Shown piece by piece: positions 62,075 to 64,000 of a DNA stretch of 64,000 bases (its first letter is position 1; the number at the start of each line of letters is the position of its first letter). Made by a program: the position numbers and the translations under genes. Source of the stretch: Vicugna vicugna (Eukaryota). The notes beneath the pieces are model-generated. The model was not told the origin of the DNA and did no database searches. It saw only the letters and a list, made by a program, of their open reading frames with translations. The stretch lies in NCBI GenBank assembly GCA_013265495.1, contig MU058718.1:930001-994000 (forward strand). Reading direction: 5' to 3'.

Positions 62075-64000
62075 CTTTATTTTTTAATTAAATAATGTAG
62101 TTGAGAGTATGCTCTATACTTTAAATGTCCCCTGCTTCTATACATGTGTAGCCTCCCCCATTATCAACATCCCCACCGGAGTTTGTCACAGGTGATGAAC
62201 CTATGTTGATACATCATAATCACCCAGACTCCATAGTTTACATTATGGTTTATTCTTGATGTTGTACATTCCATGGGTTTGACAACTGTATAATGACATG
62301 CATGTATCATTAGGAATCATACAGTGTATTTCACTGCCCTAAAAATCCTCTCTGCTCTGCCAATTCATCCCTCCCCAGCAATCCCTGACAACCGCTCATC
62401 CTTTTACTGTCTCCTTAATTTTGCCTTTTCTAGGATGTCACATAGTTGGAGTCATGTAGTATGGCTCCTTTCAGATTGGCTGCTTTCACTTAGTGATATG
62501 CATTTAAGGTTCCTCCATGTCTTTTCATGGCTTTATAGCCCATTTCTTTTTAGCACTGAATAATATTCCATTGTTTGGATATACCAGAGTTTACGTATCC
62601 ATTCACATACTGAAGGGTGTCTTGGTTGCTTCCAAGTCTTGGTAATTATGAATAAAACTACTTTAAACATTTGTATACATATGTTTTTAATTCATTTGGG
62701 TAAATACCAAGGAATGTTATTTCTGGATCATATGGCAAGAATATGTTTAGTTTTGTGAGAACTGCCAAGCTGTCTTCCAGAATGACTGCACCATTCTGCA
62801 TTCCCACCAGGAATGAATTGAGAGTTCACGTTGCTCCACATTCTTGCCAGTATTTCATGTTGTCAGTGTTTCAGATTCTACCCATTCCAACAGGTGAATG
62901 GCGGTATTTCATTGCTGTTTAATTTGCATTTCCCTGATGACCTGTGATGAAGAACAGCTTTTAATATGCTTATTTGCCACCTATACATCTTCTGTGGTGA
63001 GGTATCTGTTAAGATCTTTGGCCAATGTGTTTATCAGATTGTTTACTTTCTTACAGTTGAGTATTAAGTGTTCTTTGGATAACAGTCCTTTATCAGATGA
63101 GTCTTTTGTAAATATTTTCTCTCAGTTTGTGGCTTGTCTTTTCATTCTCTTGACATTGTCTTTCATAGAGCAAAAGTTTTTAATTTTAATGAAGTCTAGC
63201 TTATCAGCTATTTTTAATAAATCAGGTGTTGTATCTAAAAAGTCATTAACCACCCCAAGGTTATCTAGGTTTTCTCCTATGTTATCTTCTAGGAGTTTCA
63301 TAGTTTCAGGTTTTACATTTAGGTCTGTAATCAATTTTGAGTTAATTTTTGTGAAGGGTATAAAGTTTGTGTCTAGATTCATTTTGTATGTGTGGATGTC
63401 CAGCACCATTTGTCCAGCACTATCTCTGCTCACTGTATTGTCTTCGCTCCTTTGTCAAAGATTGGTTGACTACATTTATGTGGATCTCTTCTGGTCTCTC
63501 TATGCTGTTGCATTGATTCTTTCACCAATACCATGTGTCTTGATTACTGTAGCCTTTTAGTAAGTCTTGAAGTCAGATAACATCTGTCTCCAACTTTGTT
63601 CTGCTCCTTCAATATTGAGTTGTCATTCTGGATTGTTTGCTTCTCTGTATAAATTTAAGAATCAGTTTGTCAATATCCATAAAGTAACTCGCTGGGATTT
63701 TGATTGAGATTGTGTAGAATCTATAGATATAGTTGGGAAGAACTAACATCTTGACAGTATTGAGTCTTCCTATCAATGCACATCAAACATTTCTCCATTT
63801 ATTTTGTTCTTCCTTGATTTTGTTCATCAGAGTTTTGAAGTTTTCCTCATATAGATCTTGTACATGTTTTAAATTGTAAATTTATTCCTAAGTATTTCAT
63901 ATTTTAAGTGCTGATGTAAATGGTAATGTATTTTTAATTTCAAATTTTATTTGTTTATTGCTGGCATATTAAGAAAGTGATTAATTTTGTATGTTAATCT
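62075..64000 (-). mobile_element. L1MC1-like LINE: 3' UTR plus decayed ORF2 C-terminal region, running off the window end
   Basis: CCTCCCCCATTATCAACATCCCCACC..GATGAACCTATGTTGATACATCATAATCACCCA 3'UTR; minus-strand ORF 63122-63433 gives MNLDTNFIPFTKINSKLITDLNVKPETMKLLEDNIGENL, matching the L1 ORF2 motif LDPYLTPYTKINSKWIKDLNVRPETIKLLEEN. Confidence 0.93.

Noticed and set aside
62898..63560. 220-aa plus-strand hydrophobic ORF
   Set aside because: It is the antisense frame of L1 ORF2, a common artefact.
1..64000. CRISPR arrays, operons, defence systems, rRNA/snRNA/miRNA genes, or a named host gene
   Set aside because: The sequence is mammalian non-coding DNA. I saw no regularly spaced repeat-spacer array, recognisable structural RNA or identifiable coding exon, so no gene symbol is assigned.

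Overview
Mammalian nuclear genomic DNA, probably camelid (alpaca/llama/camel). The basis for that is a tRNA-Ala-derived SINE resembling Vic-1 plus several young artiodactyl-type L1 3' ends. The window looks non-coding, either a long intron or intergenic. I recognise no host protein-coding exon, and the only ORF matching a known protein is a decayed piece of L1 ORF2 at the right end. It is dense in old interspersed repeats (MIR, L2, L1M, MLT1 LTRs, MER5/MER58 hAT elements) and has a series of short, young L1 insertions with readable target-site duplications (TSDs). It also holds one small CpG island (~11.45-11.73 kb) and several repeat-free, motif-rich blocks that look like enhancers. The most interesting things visible directly are mutational events: two short copies of nearby DNA pasted 1.2-1.6 kb upstream of their donors, a TSD-flanked ~300-bp non-L1 retro-insert, a twin-primed inverted L1, and a SINE inserted into an older L1's TSD. 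I found no evidence for a novel multi-gene biological system. Repeat subfamily names come from my recall of consensus sequences, not from a search, and boundaries of old repeats are approximate.
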